In this document: one piece after another, positions 1 to 12,193 of the stretch
Layout: every line of letters starts with the position of its first letter
Numbering within the stretch: the stretch's first letter is position 1
From: Adineta vaga
Lineage: Eukaryota > Animalia > Rotifera
Assembly: GCA_021613535.1 (NCBI GenBank)
Contig: CP075496.1
Span: forward strand, 806,001 to 870,000
DNA length: 64,000 nucleotides
Reading direction: 5' to 3'
Position numbers and translations under genes: made by a program
Notes under the pieces: model-generated
The model's input: only the letters and a program-made list of their open reading frames with translations
What the model was told of the DNA's origin: nothing
Database searches by the model: none

Positions 1-180
1 TTTCTGCTTATGTGTCGTTTTTAATATTGATTCTTCTGTAAACTACGATAGGTTTCTTAGGATAAAATAGACATAAAATGATGGTAGAGAATACATGTAT
101 AGTTGTTGATTTTGAAAAACATTATATTGTCAACATTATCACAGTTCTTCCATTTATGAACTTTGGATATAGTGAGTCCT

Positions 181-1245
181 TTTTGTGTACTCAAAAAGTG
201 AGTACACTACTAGAATCGGTCAGTGTGTCCGGCCGGCCGTCTGTTTACACGATAACTCTTGAAAAATATAAGCCATTCGGTCAATTTTTTTTCTCACAAT
301 TGTCCCATCAATATCTCGGTCCACTTCGAAGATGAGGTCGATTGGTCAAGAAACGGCTGTGTTATCGTAAAAACATTAATAATTGATCAGGTCATCCCTC
401 AGGGGGACTAGAGGGATTTACAAAAGAATTTTTTTAACTATTATTTAATATTATATTAATATAATTTATTATTAATTTACTTACTACATATATCAGTATA
501 GTCAGTTTTATGAGGGCTACAGAGTCTTCAAGTCCCATAATATGGGGGTACTCTTGGGTCCTCATATGCTGTACTACGGCAACTGACTAAATAAGCGTCT
601 ATACCGATGTAGTTAGATGATAGAATGCGTTGAATTAATAAGGCGGTAACATCTACGCTATAGCAGAATGTTATGTTTACTTCCAAAAGTGAAACTGACT
701 GAGGATCGATTTTTATCGAATCGTCTGTAAAATTCATCCTCGAGCACACTAAGGAACCATCCTTTGAATCCTGCAAGTGCCGTTTTTTTGTCTCATAGGA
801 CGGGACAAGGAGTTAGCTCCTACGATTCTGTTTTTCTCTATGCGTAAAAATTAATTTATTGTTTAATTGACAAGCTTCAATTGAACAGTCAAAGTATCAC
901 CAACATGTTATTGACAACAGATATGAAATGTCGAACTTTTTCTAGTATATGGAAAAAGTGAGGGTTTTAGTAGAATCGATCAGTGTGTTCATCCATTCGT
1001 TCGTTTATATGACAACTCCTGAAAGACTAATTCAGTTGAGATGAAGTTTTCTGCAGAGTGTTGTCGCGTAAATATCTCGTTCGACTTCGATGATGAGTCT
1101 GATTGGGGGAGCTATTGTTGAGTTATTGAAAAAATACTGATATTTCTTTATGACTTGCCTATATTTTTTATCTCATACACTTTTTGCAGTACACATAACT
1201 TTCGGATAAAATCCGAAGTTTCCGCATTTATTTCTGTTTGTTTTA
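181..1245 (+). mobile_element. Non-autonomous Helentron-associated (HINE/DINE-1-like) element with duplicated core and ~500 bp internal filler
   Basis: 5' hairpin gtgtactc-aaaaagt-gagtacac followed by tactagaatcgg and a gtccggccggccgtctgt microsatellite-like core. A second core starts at ~950. The 3' end has subterminal agtacaca plus stem-loop aactttcggataaaatccgaagtt and a T-rich tail. The same ends recur inverted at 17693-18182. Architecture matches DINE-1/HINE elements. Confidence 0.6.
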
Positions 1246-1257
1246 GTTATCGATACA

Positions 1258-4200
1258 ATGATATTATTCAAGTTCTTCTGTATATTGGTCTGGTTATATC
1301 AGATTAATGGTATCGCTCTTGATGTGAAATCAGGACCAGAAAAGTTAAGTTTAAATAACAGTGTGTTTAACAAAGAAATATTGACACAATTCAATTATCA
1401 TGGTAATGAAGTTTATGTTTATGGTGCTGTGTCAAACAACATCAAGAATAGTGATGCGCCTGGGAAATGGACTTTCTATTATGTACCACTTATGATACCA
1501 ATAAATAATAATCGTTCAGAAGACAAATGGATATATACAGTAGAAAATGATGTTAGAATCAAATTAATGTTAGGTAACAATGAAATTAAAGAATTAGCAG
1601 AAAAAGAAATCATCAAGAAATATGATCCAAATATAACTAAATATTCACAATCATGGGTTATTGCTCCATTAATGATTGATTCTTTAACAGCTTATATTGT
1701 TCGAAAAATAAATTCACCTATTAAAAATGTTTATCCTTTCAAAATTGAAAATCCAGATGGATTGGAAATAGAATTTCGATTTCAATGTTCATCAGAAATA
1801 CTTGCAAAAAAAATTAAAAAAAAGATTATTAATGAGATTTATGGAATTGAAGTCATATTTTATTTTGCTGGTTCTCGACAAGTAACAATTAATGCAATTT
1901 CATTCACCGGTGAAATTTTGAAGGCTATAATAAGTCGAACAGTTGCCGATGGTGGTAAAAGCAATATTAAATATATACAACGTAATCAAAGAGCAGCATT
2001 TATCAATAAATACAAGGCTAATATAAAGACAATGAGTTATATAAAAAAACAGAATGTGCATAATCCATTAATGTTAATTACATTACGAAAACAATTTCAT
2101 GCATTGTTACAACAAGGTAATTAACAGATTTAATGCGATATATTTTAATTGAAATATAATCATTTTTTTCTTTCTAATTTTAGCATTGATTTCATCAACT
2201 GAAATAAAACTTGCTGTTAATTTCTACAATCAAATTTGGTCGACTTATGATTTAAATCCTGATCGTATCACACGTGAAATCAATAAATTATTTACTTACA
2301 ATAAAACTGCAACAGAGAATAGAAACCATTCGGATCAATATTTTGATTATCAAAAAGAAAATATAACATTAACGACCGGATCAGGAGGTGGTGGTCTCAT
2401 TTTTAAGATCTTTGCTTTAAATACTCGTGATGAAATATCCGAATTAAATTCAAGTAGTACCACAAACATTGCAAAATCCGTGTATTCACTAAGTGAAATT
2501 CAAGATTTGTTGAAACAAGAATCAATTGAAATAACATGGACAGATGAAAAGTTCATAGTAAAGTCATTTCTTGTTTATCGGTTGAGTGATATTACTGATC
2601 GTCTAGATCTTTACATTAATTCTCAACAATTACTTGCTGAGAAGAAAGCTGGTGGTTTTGCTCGTATGATTAATCTTCGAAGTCACCCGTTAACAGTATC
2701 ACAAGTACAATCAACCTCATTTTTAGGTGAAATAAAATTGTACTTGGGTAATATTTCATCTCTACCATCTCATTGGATGTTTTGTCATGGACAAAATCTT
2801 TCTCGAATTGAATATCATAAATTATTTTCTGTTGTTGGTGAATCATTTGGAGCTGGCGATGGACATACAACATTCAATTTACCTGATTTACGAGGTCGTG
2901 TTGTTATTGAACGAAATTCAAGTGAAAAAAATACAGATGCTACATTTCAAATGGGTGTTACAAGTGATCATGCGAAACATATTTTAACAAAAGAAGAAAA
3001 TTCATCTGTTTTACTTCATTCATATCAAACATTAGATTATATTATTTTTATTGGAGATCAATCTGTTACTAATATGAATCCAGATGGCAAAAAATCTATT
3101 ATTACTTCCACTTTTAACAGTAAGTATTTTTCCTAAATGATCGATAAAATCTACTCTTTCACAATAATGAATAATTAGATTAAAAATTAATTTTCAATCA
3201 TTAGCATTGTAATCTTTGTTATTGATCATTTATTTGTAAATAATAAGAAAAAGTATAATTCTCCACATTGAATGGTATTAGTTGACAAGATGAAATTCTT
3301 GTGAATATTGATAGAATTTCAAGAAAAATATTCAATAACAATAATTTTAACTTTTTTTCTATTTAATTCAAAAAATAGTTTTTAATTTATTTTAGTAACA
3401 TGTTCTCCTCAATGTTTGAACGATGGTTATTGTACTGCACCAAACGTGTGTACTGTAAGTTTCTAGGAAATCTCTATTCAAAAGAAAAATAAGATGTTAT
3501 CTATTTAGTGTACAGGATTATGGAAGGGATCCCAATGTGAAAAACGTATATATCTTTTTGCGACAATTTTAATTGTAAAATTTATCTAAAAGATAAAATT
3601 TGAGGAAATGAAATTAAGTGAAATTTAGAAAACTCTCAAAGTCATAAAATAGTTGATGCAATTTTAGAATAATCGGAAGAAATCTTGAGAATTCTAGAAC
3701 ATTGTCGACTTTCTCAAAATATGAAGAAAGTCTTGAAAATGACGATATTCGAATTTCGTTCTTTTTTGCTGTTGAATAGAATAGGACGATGATGAAAATA
3801 AATTATTTTGAGAGTGAAGCGTCGAGAATATTTTAAAGAAGACGTTTTTTTAAAGTAATATTTGTAGTTTTGTAAATTAATTTCAAAATATATCGAATGA
3901 AACAACAAAGTTTTCTTCTTTTCGAAAAATACAAAAAAAAACTTTTCATTTTGTCTCGTTTTAGAAATGAAATTTAACAAATGGAAACAAAATGGTACTA
4001 CTGTTGCTGGAGGAAATGGAGTTGGACATGAATTAAATCAACTTAATCATCCAACTGGAATCTTTGTTGATCAAAATAAAAATGTTTTTATTGCTGATCT
4101 TTCTAATGATCGTATTGTGAAATGGAAATTAGGTGAAAAACAAGGAACAATCGTTGCTGGTGGAAATGGATGGGGAAATACAACAAATCAATTGAAATAT

Positions 4201-4859
4201 CCAACAGATGTGATTGTTGATCGAAAAGATAATTCATTGATCATTGCTGATCAGTTAAATAGACGAGTGATTCAATGGTTTAATGAAAATCAACAAGAAA
4301 TTCTCATTGAAAATATCCATTGTTTGGGTTTAGCAATGGATAAATATGGATTTCTTTATGTTTCTGATTCGTCGAAACATGAAGTGAGAAGATGGAAAAT
4401 TGGAGAAAAAGCTGAAGGAACATTAGTTGCTGGTGGAAATGGAGCAGGAAATCAACTTAATCAATTGAATGGACCTATGTTTATTTTTGTTGATAATGAA
4501 CAATCTATTTATATTTCAGATCAATGGAGTCATCGTGTAATGAAATGGAGTAAAGATGCAAAGGAAGGTGTAATTGTAGCTGGAGGAAATGGTCCTGGAC
4601 AGAATCTTAATCAATTGTTTTTTCCCGAAGGATTATTTGTTGATGATTATGGTCGACTCTATGTCGATAGGTTTAATCATCGAATAATGCGTTGGAGTGA
4701 AGGAGCGAAAGAAGGTGAAATAATCGCCGGTGGAAATGGAGAAGGAAACAATTCAAATCAATTGTCTCCTACCATGATTTATCATTTGATTTAGAAGGAA
4801 ATCTTTATGTGGCTGAATACCCAAAAGATCGAATTCAAAGATTTGATTTAATTTCTTAA
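1258..4859 (+). CDS. Secreted multidomain protein: signal peptide + uncharacterised N-terminal domain + phage tail-collar domain + EGF-like + NHL-repeat beta-propeller (frameshift in last NHL blade)
   Basis: Phase-compatible exons 1258-2116, 2184-3119, 3396-3454, 3509-3545, 3965-~4859 with GT-AG introns. Collar motif GEIKLYLG..LPSHWMFCHGQNLSRIEYHKLFSVVGESFGAGDGHTTFNLPDLRGRVVI; EGF TCSPQCLNDGYCTAPNVCT|CTGLWKGSQCEK; NHL repeats VAGGNG.G..LNQL..P. After ~4770 the NHL consensus continues in another frame (HDLSFDLEGNLYVAEYPKDRIQRF..*). Confidence 0.8.
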
Positions 4860-4993
4860 TAAGACGTTCTTTCAAAAAGAAACTTTCATAAAAAAAGTTT
4901 CTTTTTTTTATCTTTTATTGATTTCCAAAAATTAAATCAGTTTCAAATCCGATCGAATTTCGTCTTATTCCTGAATTTGTTGACAATATTATA

Positions 4994-5934
4994 CAGTCAC
5001 TTTCCCGAATAACGACGCAAAACGAGTACAACATTTTGTTTTTGCTCGCGTTCATCTATTTTAAGACCGATTTCTAATAACCTTATATTTGGGCAATCTT
5101 TCGATGACGCTCTTTTTAATGAATGTGTTTTTTGTCCCATTTTGTTCATGTTTTCATAGAGAAATCAGCGGTCTACGGTGAGGAGCTCTGATCGTCGTTA
5201 TTTTGTATCACTTCCGTAATAACGACGGACCAGCAAAACTTATGCTAGAATGCGAAATTTTTTAGAAAATGTGTTTTTTCACAATTTATATAAAGAAAAT
5301 GACCCCAGGTTTCGCTGACAACTTTGAAGATCGTCTCAAATACTATCTATATCTAGCGGTTCATGATGATTTAATAGTGTATTAGAAGACTTTTATGATC
5401 ATCAAAGGTCATCACGAGTGATGCGAAAAAAAAAGTCTCCCAAATAACGACGTTCGATGGAGTTGATGTCAAAGACGTCTCCAGCTAATTTTCATCCCTA
5501 ATAACGACGGAAATAAGTTTTCATGCATACTAAACATTGAGGAGAAGTTTTCGGTTAGCATTTTCAATGTATCCAATGGCTACAGATACTTGTTTCAAGG
5601 GATGGGTGTCCCTAATTTTCACTTATATTCAGAGAAATGATTCCCATCCAAAGGGTTAAAACAGTTAATTATTATGTTTGAAATTGAAAAAACCTATTAC
5701 CGTCGTTATTACGGAAGTGACACAAAATAACGACGATCAGAGCTCCTCACCGTAGACCGCTGATTTCTCTATGAAAACATGAACAAAATGGGACAAAAAA
5801 CACATTCATTAAAAAGAGCGTCATCGAAAGATTGCCCAAATATAAAGTTATTAGAAATCGGCCTTAAAATAGATGAACGCGAGCAAAAACAAAATGTTGT
5901 ACTCGTTTTGCGTCGTTATAAGGGAAAGTGACTG
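4994..5934. mobile_element. Non-autonomous Tc1/mariner-type TIR element (MITE-like), 235-bp TIRs, TA target duplication
   Basis: 4994-5228 is a near-perfect inverted repeat of 5700-5934. Termini are CAGTCACTTTCCC...GGGAAAGTGACTG, flanked by TA on both sides. No ORF. Confidence 0.92.
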
Positions 5935-6583
5935 TATTCATTCTTGATGATTTTTTTTTCGGAATTTCTCATAAAACATCAAAATGTGGTTCAAGTTCTT
6001 GTCGATGAAGAGGAAAATGTTCGAAACAAAATCTTGCTGAACATCCATCATACTTTTCTTACAGTTATTATTAAATTAACATTGATTAATCGACACCATA
6101 GAAGATAAAATGACTTTTGATATCAAAATTAAAACCACATGATGAAGACAAAGAAATTCTTTTCAGATCGTCATAATACTGATGATTCAAAATGTCCAGG
6201 TCCTACAATCTCTTGACTCCTACTTTATCAACCGATGCAAAATAAAACTAGTTACTCTGCTACACTCGCACAATCTACTCGACTACTTTCTAAAAGAGAA
6301 AGAGAATGAATATCATCCAGGAGTACTTTACTTTTAAACTATTTTTGAATTGACGACTCTCTTTGAAAATACCGCAGAACTTAATTCTGTTCTTTTTTAC
6401 GTAGTTAATATTTACATTTATAGGCGAATTATAAATTGTTTTCCAGATCGAAGGTTCGAATATTAGAAAAGATTTCGATCAATGAAATACAAAATTCCAG
6501 CATAACATTTCATAATTTTGAAGAAAAATGCTCAGAATAGTTTATTTACCAGAAAACTTTCGGTTTCAATTGATAATAGGAAA

Positions 6584-7917
6584 TTATACGTGTCTTATTT
6601 GATTAGTTCGATATTTATAAATAGTTTCATTTGGTATTTGATTTGAATGACAATTAAATTGAAATCGATTCCAAAAACAAAAATAACGAAGAATTTTCTT
6701 AAAACTTTGTCGAAATTTTGAACAAAATATTGCATAAACAATCGGATTTGATGCTGAACTTATTGTTATTAAAAGCATTGTAAATGCAACAAAATAAGAT
6801 GTTTGAATAAATCTTGGAACTGTTTTAATTGCATTCGTTTGAAATAGAATAAAAACAAGAACTTGTGGACTAAATGAAATGAAATAAATGAGAACAACCA
6901 CAATTAACATTTTAATAACATTTCGACGAGATTTTAATGTATTCGAATAAATTTTCCAATGTTCATAATCACTACGTTTTCTTCCACTTTTTATTAAAGA
7001 TAATTGACAAGTATTCGAATTTGAAACGAATTTTGGTAGAAAATAACTTGCTTTTCGATTTGTTGAAGAATTTATATAAGAATCTGATATTGTTATTTTA
7101 CTTGGTAAATTATCTTCATCGTCAAAATCTTCCTGCAAAAGAAAACATAGATAAATAAAAAAGAAAAGGGTTATTTAATCCTTCATTTTTCTTCAACCTG
7201 TGTTCGATTGAAATGTTGAAGTTTGTTTAAAGAAAAAGATGATTGAAGTGTTTTATCTACATGAAATAATTTTGTTGCAATTCGACAATAACAATATAAT
7301 TGTAATAAAAGTGGAAGAAAATAGAAAATTGTTGATTCAATTGATTTATGTATTATATAAATTTGTTGATTTTCATTTCTATCTTTTTTAGAATATAAAA
7401 GTGAACATAAACGATGTGTTGGTGAATTCGATATAACATGTAAATAGATTAAATTAGGTAATGCACATAAGAAAGAAAATATCCAAACAAAACATGTGAT
7501 TTGAGCAAGATGTTTTTTCTCACGGAAAAATTCTGAACGTAATGGATAAACAATTCCAATAAATCTTTCAATTGTAACTGCACACATTGTTAATACAGAT
7601 GCATATTGAGCTAAAACAAGAATTGTTCGTATTAATTTACAGGATAATTCATTGAGAATCCAATTTCCATTGATTGATGAAACAAATTGAATTAAATCAG
7701 GAAGATTTAATAATAAAATTATCAAATCACAACAAGCAACATGAACAATTAAACGATTTGTTAATGAACGTTTCATACGAGAATCAAATTGAACAGAAAG
7801 AATAACTAAAATATTTCCAATGATACCAACAATTGCAATAATCAGAAATAAACATGTTAAAATATAATTAACTTTTAAATTTAATGATGAAGATAAATTT
7901 AATTCACTTCGATTCAT
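6584..7917 (-). CDS. Rhodopsin-class (class A) GPCR, neuropeptide-receptor-like
   Basis: Two exons joined by phase-0 intron 7133-7197. Seven hydrophobic segments, GN in TM1, CKL..ERF (DRY equivalent) in TM3, SNPIVY (NPxxY) in TM7. A possible extra 5' exon lies near 8490. Confidence 0.88.
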
Positions 7918-7949
7918 TGTATCTGAAATAAAGATATTCTTTTTCATTT

Positions 7950-8170
7950 ATGGGTGGGTGCGATTATAATTCAAAATTCTTCACATATATGACTAGGAGC
8001 GTATTTAGAAAATCGTTATTTATATTCGAAGTTAGGGGCGTGCGGAGGTGCCAAAGGCAGGAGGGGCGCAGCGATAAAAAACAAAAAATTTCCCGAAGCA
8101 AGATGGCATTACGCCGCACGCGACCTCTTCTCGGTACTCTCCTGTTTGAAGTCGAATTAGACAGCTACAC
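7950..8170 (-). repeat. Dispersed repeat family copy 1 (also 11780-12125, 20222-20495)
   Basis: The reverse complement shares cgctcctagtcat and atatgtgaagaattttgaattataatcgca with the other copies, and gtctaattcgacttcaaa with copy 3. It ends in cgcacccaccca. Confidence 0.6.
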
Positions 8171-9829
8171 ATATGAAGAAGATTGAGACTTAATCAGTAT
8201 ATTCTTTATTTCTTACTGATATAATCGAGTATTAATTCTTTCGCCTTTTCCGAACAAAAAATTAGATGAGACAATCCTATAAGAATGGTTGAATAGAAAG
8301 AAAACAAAGTATTAGAAAATAATCATTAAAACTGAATGAATAATTCTTCGTGATTTCGGAAAAGAAAAACACAAATCTCATTAATTTCTTTTGTTTTTCT
8401 ATGATTAATAGAATGAAAATAAATAAAAAGTTATTGACATGTTTTTTCCTTTAAGAAATATTTGTCAATTTCTTTTCTCTCAAAACTCACCATGATGATC
8501 ATTCTTCTTATTTATTCTCGTTAAGAAATAATTTCTAATTAAATCGATTCATTGAATATTTCAAAAACGATGATTATTCGAGAAAATCATCATTTTTTTC
8601 TCTTCATATATAAATAAGAGACTAACTTGATTTAGCCTCGACATGATATTCATGAAATATTATGCAGGCCACTCGGTATTTTTTTTCACTTAAAAATTAA
8701 TGAGCCATTTTTACTCTCACCTTTGAAAATATCGAAATAGTATTCTGATTTATTTTAATTAAATTTTTTTTCTAAATGACGTTCTTATTTAAAACCATTG
8801 CTCTACTAATCGATTTGATTATTTAGTCATAAAACTATATTGACATAGAAGAGAAGAGTTCTACATTGTCAAGATCTTTAGATTATTGATTATGTATTCA
8901 TTAAATAGATTTTCTCTATCAATCAAAAGATTTTCAGAACTTTCAGAGTTAACGAAAGAAAAATTCTTTTTTTTAAGAATATGTTAACATGATTATTCTG
9001 AGAGATTCATTAGTTAATCATATGTAAAAGGTATTAATCAAGAAAAAAAAAGACTAAGAAATAGATGATTATTGAATATACTTTACTTTGTATTGTTTTT
9101 CTCTTTGTTTCGATACATTAGTCATATCCAAGATTGATTTCGTAGCATGTTTTGTCCTTTATCTTATATCTTCACGATATGAAAGTAAATGACATCTTGA
9201 AAAAGTAATAATCATTATAGAAAAATATTTACCAAGGAAAGTATTAGCAGATGAGAAGAGAAAAATGATGTTAATCATCAATGTGATCGATAAGGATAGA
9301 ATGACATAAAAAACAGTAAAAGATCAAATTCTTAACTGATCTTATCGATAATGGAATCAACAAAATAGGAAAGTAACAATAGCTCGAAGATAAATATGGT
9401 CTCTTGCTCTCGTTTTTTTTTGTCAGTCATAATAAAAGAGAAAAGAAAAAGTAGGATATTCTCCGAACTATTCATTCATTAATAATAATTCATTTTCAAT
9501 TTTCTACTGACATATATTTTTTTCCAGGATATAAAACGTAAAAATATCATTTTCATTAACTTATGACGTCACTTGAAGAAACTGAGAAAGATTCATTGTT
9601 TTTATCCGAAGTGATTAACTTTGTTTAGAAAATTTATTAGTTTTGAAAGGAAATGTAACGATTTAAAAATAAGTTAAAACAGATTTGAGGATAATGCGAA
9701 TAATATTCTTTTCAAGTTTCCGATATATATATATATAAATGAAGAAGTCATTCGAAGTGTCAAATATAGTTTTCTTCTCTTTTGGATTAATTAGATAGAT
9801 AAGGAACAGACTCGTCACTACGTTATTGA

Positions 9830-10406
9830 TAGCCTCCAGATGGTTGAATGATTTAGAATATCGAACGTTTTGTCATTTGATAATTATAAAGATATTTAGA
9901 AAAATGGAATCAAATTTTCTTGATAGAATCAAATTCTTTCTTTTTCTTTAGAATTTTCAATATAATTTCGAATTAATTCATTTAAAATTTGTCGTTGTTG
10001 ATCATCTTGATCATTTGGTGAATAAAAACCATTTTCAATAATTGTCATTAAAGCTAAATGACTTTTTTTCTTATTATAATTAAGAATCATTTCATACATT
10101 AATTTTAAACCTTGATGAAAGATTTCTTCACCTCTTTTTCCATCAGCTAAATCATTTGTTCCACCTAAAATCAGAATCCAATCATATGAAAGTTGTTTTT
10201 CTTCTGAAAGAATCGTTTAACCATTGATGGAAGAACACATTCACCACTAATATCTTGTTCATTGATTTCAATTGAAATTTGTTTTGATAAAAATAAATTT
10301 CTTAATTCAATTGAATAAGAATGATAACATAAGAATAGCCTGAATTATAATAACCAGCTGTTAATGAATCACCAATCGCAAGAATACGAAGACATGATTT
10401 TATCAT
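9830..10406 (-). pseudogene. SGNH/GDSL hydrolase pseudogene (non-metazoan type)
   Basis: MIKSCLRILAIGDSLTAGYY (block I), ISGE (block II region) and ILGGTNDL (block III) lie in different frames. At least two frameshifts and a degraded block V. Confidence 0.75.
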
Positions 10407-11005
10407 TCTCTTCATTCTTCTCTTCTTTTCTGTATTCTTTATCTCGATATGTATATTATTTCATAGGACCATTTATATAGATGTCTTTTCATAACAATCA
10501 AAGAAGTTTATTATATAGTTGAATACGAGAATATTTTATCAATTACCGTTTATATAAAAGAAATCATTAATGATTAAAACTAAGGAAAAAGTTATACATA
10601 ATTATATCATATTAGTAAAATTACCTTACGCTGCTTGAGAATTGTTCGTCATTAGAGTGTGGATTTGGTCTTTAGTTTAACTTATGTTACAATACATGAC
10701 TCTTACTCATCTTTATCGACATATCTAATCAAATTGCTACCGACTGTATTTGTTCATAGGTTTGAATTGATAAACTATTTGAAAAGATTTGTAGGTAAAT
10801 ACATAAGTTCACATAAACCTCTGTGTCGAAAACTTTGACTATTGTTACGTTTTTACTCGTTATTTTCATCTGAAATAGTAATTAATGACGAAACATTATC
10901 GAAACTTGTGAAAATATTAATTTGTTCATTTTCTCACTTTTTATTGTTATACGGAAATAGAATATTCAAAGGATATAATTAATTGACCAGTGTGAAAATC
11001 ACTAT

Positions 11006-11550
11006 TTATAGAGGACGATTGACTTGGATCCAATTTTGATCAAATTGACCCTGTTCCTTGACATATCGAAGTGTGTTTTCTATGATCTTTACTTCGCCCA
11101 CTTTAATTATAAGCTCTACAGGCGATACTATTGGCACTGACAAGACTTCCACCTTTATAGGGAACATTGTTTTTCCAAGCGAGTGGATAAAAATCAGGAT
11201 CATTGTTGAATTGAGTACAGTGGATTTGCATTTGCTTTTCCAGCTCTCATAATCCTTATTATAGGATGTATTTCAATGACGAGCAAAACACTCGACAGCA
11301 GCTTTATCACAAAGACAGGTGATTAATAATAAAGATTATTACATTTTCTAAATGATCTTCTATCGTACCAACAACCATAGTCATTATAATCGAAAGCATG
11401 ACCCGCTGCATCCCATTTCAAATAACAAAACTGAATAGCACTACGATTATGAGCAATATTCTTTGAATGAACATCATTAAATGATACACCATAAGTTGAA
11501 GTGGACAATAAACAAAAAGTGACAGCAAATCGTACGACAATGAATTACAT
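11006..11550 (-). pseudogene. Secreted phospholipase A2 pseudogene with C-terminal CBM5/12 (ChtBD3)-like module
   Basis: ATG is immediately followed by TAA, then a signal-like FIVVRFAVTFCLLS, RSAIQF...DYNDYGCW (sPLA2 N-terminus/Ca loop start) and CLCDKAAVECFARH* (sPLA2 C-terminal helix). The catalytic CCxxHDxCY segment is absent. Downstream frameshifted AWKNNVPYKGGSLVSANSIACRAYN resembles CBM5/12. Confidence 0.65.
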
Positions 11551-11779
11551 TCTTATCGGTAATAGAATCAATAGTTGAAATGAAAAATATGTGTAAAATC
11601 AATTATCTTAAAATAACGAACAGCAATTTTCGATTGATCTTCATATTAAGTTACCGATTTTCCCCTCGAATAACAATAAGTGACAACCTTGAAAAAAGCT
11701 TCATGTCTTAAAAACGAATTAATTGATTGAAAACAAATCCAAGTCTATTTTCTGAAGAAAAACCAATCTCCATTTGTTA

Positions 11780-12125
11780 TTTTCAAAAAACGCTCCTAGT
11801 CATTATTTTTCATAGATAAACATTTAGATTATATATGTGAAGAATTATTGAATTATAATCGCATACAGATAAAGGAAAATCTATTCCTATTCTATGGAAA
11901 AACTTTAGGTCAAGTTTCGTAATTTATTTTCGTAGTGATATGAAATAGGTGAATGTGCATTTATATTCGAATTCGAATTAGACAGTATCGCATAATAATT
12001 TGATCATATCTTAGCCGATTAAATCTAACAGTTTCCAAAGTACAACACAAACACGACATTGGGCTAGTTTCTCTTGAATAAATGTTGTGAAAACCGATGT
12101 ATCATATATGCTCACCCACACCCTA
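11780..12125 (+). repeat. Dispersed repeat family copy 2
   Basis: Aligns by eye with 20255-20490 (aaactttaggtcaagtttcgt..atttattttcg..tgatatgaaataggt..aatgt.catttatat..gaattcgaattag). Ends in cacccacaccc. Confidence 0.7.
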
Positions 12126-12193
12126 AAGATAAAATATTGATAAAATTCTTTTTATTTTTATTATGAAGAAATCAATAATGATTAATAAATAAT

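Noticed and set aside
325-360. Hammerhead-ribozyme-like GATGAG...GAAAC
   Set aside because: It lacks the CUGA core and convincing stems, and the equivalent positions in the other element copies do not keep GAAAC.
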